A program made the position numbers and the translations under genes. This document shows, piece by piece, positions 62,212 through 64,000 of a stretch of 64,000 nt of DNA (positions within the stretch are counted from its first letter, which is position 1; each line of letters starts with the position of its first letter). Below the pieces are notes generated by a model, which worked only from the letters and a program-made list of their open reading frames with translations, was not told the origin of the DNA and did no database searches. The stretch is from an uncultured virus (IMG/VR IMGVR_UViG_3300044996_000613) (lineage: Duplodnaviria; Heunggongvirae; Uroviricota; Caudoviricetes), in IMG/VR virus record IMGVR_UViG_3300044996_000613; one strand, 5' to 3'.

Positions 62212-63999
62212 CTACCGCCATCCTTCACAAATCCAGTGAACCTTCACCTGCCAGTAGAGTGGGAAGCGGTAGAAGACGCTGAACTGGTTGGTGCTCTTAC
62301 CCCCCTCGTATATCTCGACAGTCTCCTCGTTCACCTCGATCTTGTTGCCCTCTAGACCTTCTACGGCAATCGTGACCCAACCGAAGTAGGCCGGCCAGTT
62401 GTATCCATAGTATAGGTACTCGTAGCCGTACCACCACTGATCGACGTAGTAGTCGGCGTCGTAGGCATAGTCGTAGTTGTCCCAGTAGCCGTAGTAGCCA
62501 TAGTAGGCTAGGTCGTATGGGTCTTCGTACTGGATTGCGTAGTACTGACCCCAGTCTTCATAAGGCCCGACGTATACGGCCTCGATGGCTAGCGTGATCC
62601 TGGACGGGGTGCAGGCCACTGGGACATTCACGACGGCCGAACTGTAGTCGGTGTCCACTGCCGATGCGTGGAAGCCAGTGCTGTCGGCCTGGGCGCTCCC
62701 ACTGCTGGGTGCGTATATGAATAGGTCTCCCTCGATGGTCACACTTCGTGCCCCTTCTGGGACGTAGGCCGGCTCGCCCCAGAATATTCCCCAGTTGTAG
62801 AGCACGGGAGTAGCCGATGCGTCTTCGGTCGCCAGTACGGCACGAACCTGCATCAGGGTGTCACCGCTCTCCCCGCTGACGCGGTTCAACTGGCCGGCGA
62901 TCATGGGGGCCCAAGTCGGGATGTCGTCCAGCGGATTGAGGCTGTATTGGAACGTGATCGACGTGTTGTCCGGCAGGTACATGTCAGCAAATAACACAAG
63001 CTGATCCCAGTAGGCCAGAGGTGAACTGGAGAGGATCGGGCCATACAGGATCAGTACGGTCCCACTGTCTCCAGTTAGCCAGTATGTCCCGAGCGATGGG
63101 TTGTCGGTGATCGACGGATAGGCTTTGCCGGTTGCCTCCACAACAGCACTGGGGCCGTTCCCACCGTAGCCGCTATTGAGCGTCGTGAGCAGTGGTGACT
63201 TCCCGGTTTCCGCGTACACAGAGGGGACCACCGACAGGTCGGTGTAGGATTCACTCTGTGTCACCACATGGAGGTCAAAGGCGTCGATGTTGCCTGTGAC
63301 GCCCGGTCCGGCGGCCACCCGCAAGACATAGGTCTTGTAGAGGCCGTTATTGTACTTCCCTGTGAGACCCTGGGCGACCGCCACTGTCTTCTGATATTCG
63401 TCAACATCAGATTGGTTGAGGCTGGAGATCAGCAGACCAGTATGCGCACTAGAGAACGATCCCAGTGTCCCCTGGTCGTCGTACTCAGCAATGGCAAACG
63501 CGACGGTGCCGAAGCTCGCGCTATCACGATAGACCATTGTGATCTTGGCTACTGGCCCCTGTAGGTAGAGGTAGTAGTAGCCGTTGGTGCCTTGGACGTA
63601 GATGTCGCCGCTGGCCTGAGCATCCCCGGTCTCCGTGTCGAACGAAACGGCCGTAGCGTAGTAGTCGTCAGCCGGATCGCCGTCAAGCAGGTCTTCAGCC
63701 TCATAGCGCACCACGCTGGTGGCCATGATGTCGATGTTCACCGTGTCGTGCTCAGTAATACCACCAGTGAGGTAGGCAGCCCCAGGCGCCGGATTGTCTT
63801 CCCATGTGGCTGAGGCCTTTGTGACGCTCGTGGCTACGTTGAGAATAGCAGACGACTCGTTGATGTGTGTCTCCAGGTCATCGTTGGGAGGGCTGAAACC
63901 ACCAGGGACATCGTTGGAGGCGATGGTCAGGTTATCGAACTCTTCGCTTGTTATGAGGACTGCTGTTGGGTTGCCATCGACATCGACCTCATACTGTTT
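62212..63999 (-). CDS. large structural protein, 5'-partial (runs off the right edge), with a Tyr-rich segment
   Basis: The frame stays open from 63741 to the edge (KQYEVDVDGNPTAV...). Beta-rich acidic composition and 'QVRAVL...ATPVL' resemble phage tail/baseplate proteins. Confidence 0.65.
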   Translation of the reverse strand, partial: KQYEVDVDGNPTAVLITSEEFDNLTIASNDVPGGFSPPNDDLETHINESSAILNVATSVTKASATWEDNPAPGAAYLTGGITEHDTVNIDIMATSVVRYEAEDLLDGDPADDYYATAVSFDTETGDAQASGDIYVQGTNGYYYLYLQGPVAKITMVYRDSASFGTVAFAIAEYDDQGTLGSFSSAHTGLLISSLNQSDVDEYQKTVAVAQGLTGKYNNGLYKTYVLRVAAGPGVTGNIDAFDLHVVTQSESYTDLSVVPSVYAETGKSPLLTTLNSGYGGNGPSAVVEATGKAYPSITDNPSLGTYWLTGDSGTVLILYGPILSSSPLAYWDQLVLFADMYLPDNTSITFQYSLNPLDDIPTWAPMIAGQLNRVSGESGDTLMQVRAVLATEDASATPVLYNWGIFWGEPAYVPEGARSVTIEGDLFIYAPSSGSAQADSTGFHASAVDTDYSSAVVNVPVACTPSRITLAIEAVYVGPYEDWGQYYAIQYEDPYDLAYYGYYGYWDNYDYAYDADYYVDQWWYGYEYLYYGYNWPAYFGWVTIAVEGLEGNKIEVNEETVEIYEGGKSTNQFSVFYRFPLYWQVKVHWICEGWR

Positions 64000-64000
64000 G

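Noticed and set aside
62385..62576. Diversity-generating retroelement variable region
   Set aside because: No reverse transcriptase and no near-identical template repeat in the window; cannot be excluded genome-wide.
63753..63790. Third promoter suggested by GTGGTATTACT
   Set aside because: It lies inside an open reading frame and has no TTGACA-like -35 at the right spacing.
1..64000. tRNA/rRNA genes, integrase, transposase or stop-codon reassignment
   Set aside because: None recognised by eye. Genes are intact in the standard code, with TAG, TGA and TAA all used as stops. A tRNAscan/Infernal run would be needed to exclude small RNAs.

Overview
This window looks like a segment of a large, GC-rich tailed dsDNA phage genome. 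Nearly all genes are tightly packed on the minus strand, often with overlapping start/stop codons. Positions 1-42.9 kb form a replication, recombination and nucleotide-metabolism block. It contains an intein-containing UvrD/PcrA helicase, a UDG-HD fusion, a RecA-like recombinase with a UvsY-like neighbour, RecU-like and RecB-like nucleases and a Rad52/Sak-like annealer. It also has a dNMP kinase, class III RNR (nrdD/nrdG), DnaE, a beta-clamp-like protein, an SSB-like protein, an AEP-type primase, a DnaB-like helicase, a sigma70-like factor and two orphan DNA methyltransferases. Six glycosyltransferase (GT) genes are interleaved around dnaE. An AT-rich non-coding stretch at ~42.95-43.8 kb holds six copies of a 23-bp palindrome (AAATGAACAG-NNN-CTGTTCATTT) and a 9-bp-periodic CTAG cluster, and is a candidate origin or control region. 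Positions 44-64 kb hold a subtilisin, holin-like genes, a 3508-aa modular virion protein, and a cluster of HddA-like kinase, GmhB, HddC-like nucleotidyltransferase, NAD epimerase and GT2 between two large structural genes. The best candidate for an undescribed system is a phage-encoded nucleotide-sugar (probably NDP-heptose) pathway feeding an expanded, internally duplicated GT set, plausibly for virion glycosylation. All assignments come from motif recognition by eye; no database searches were run.
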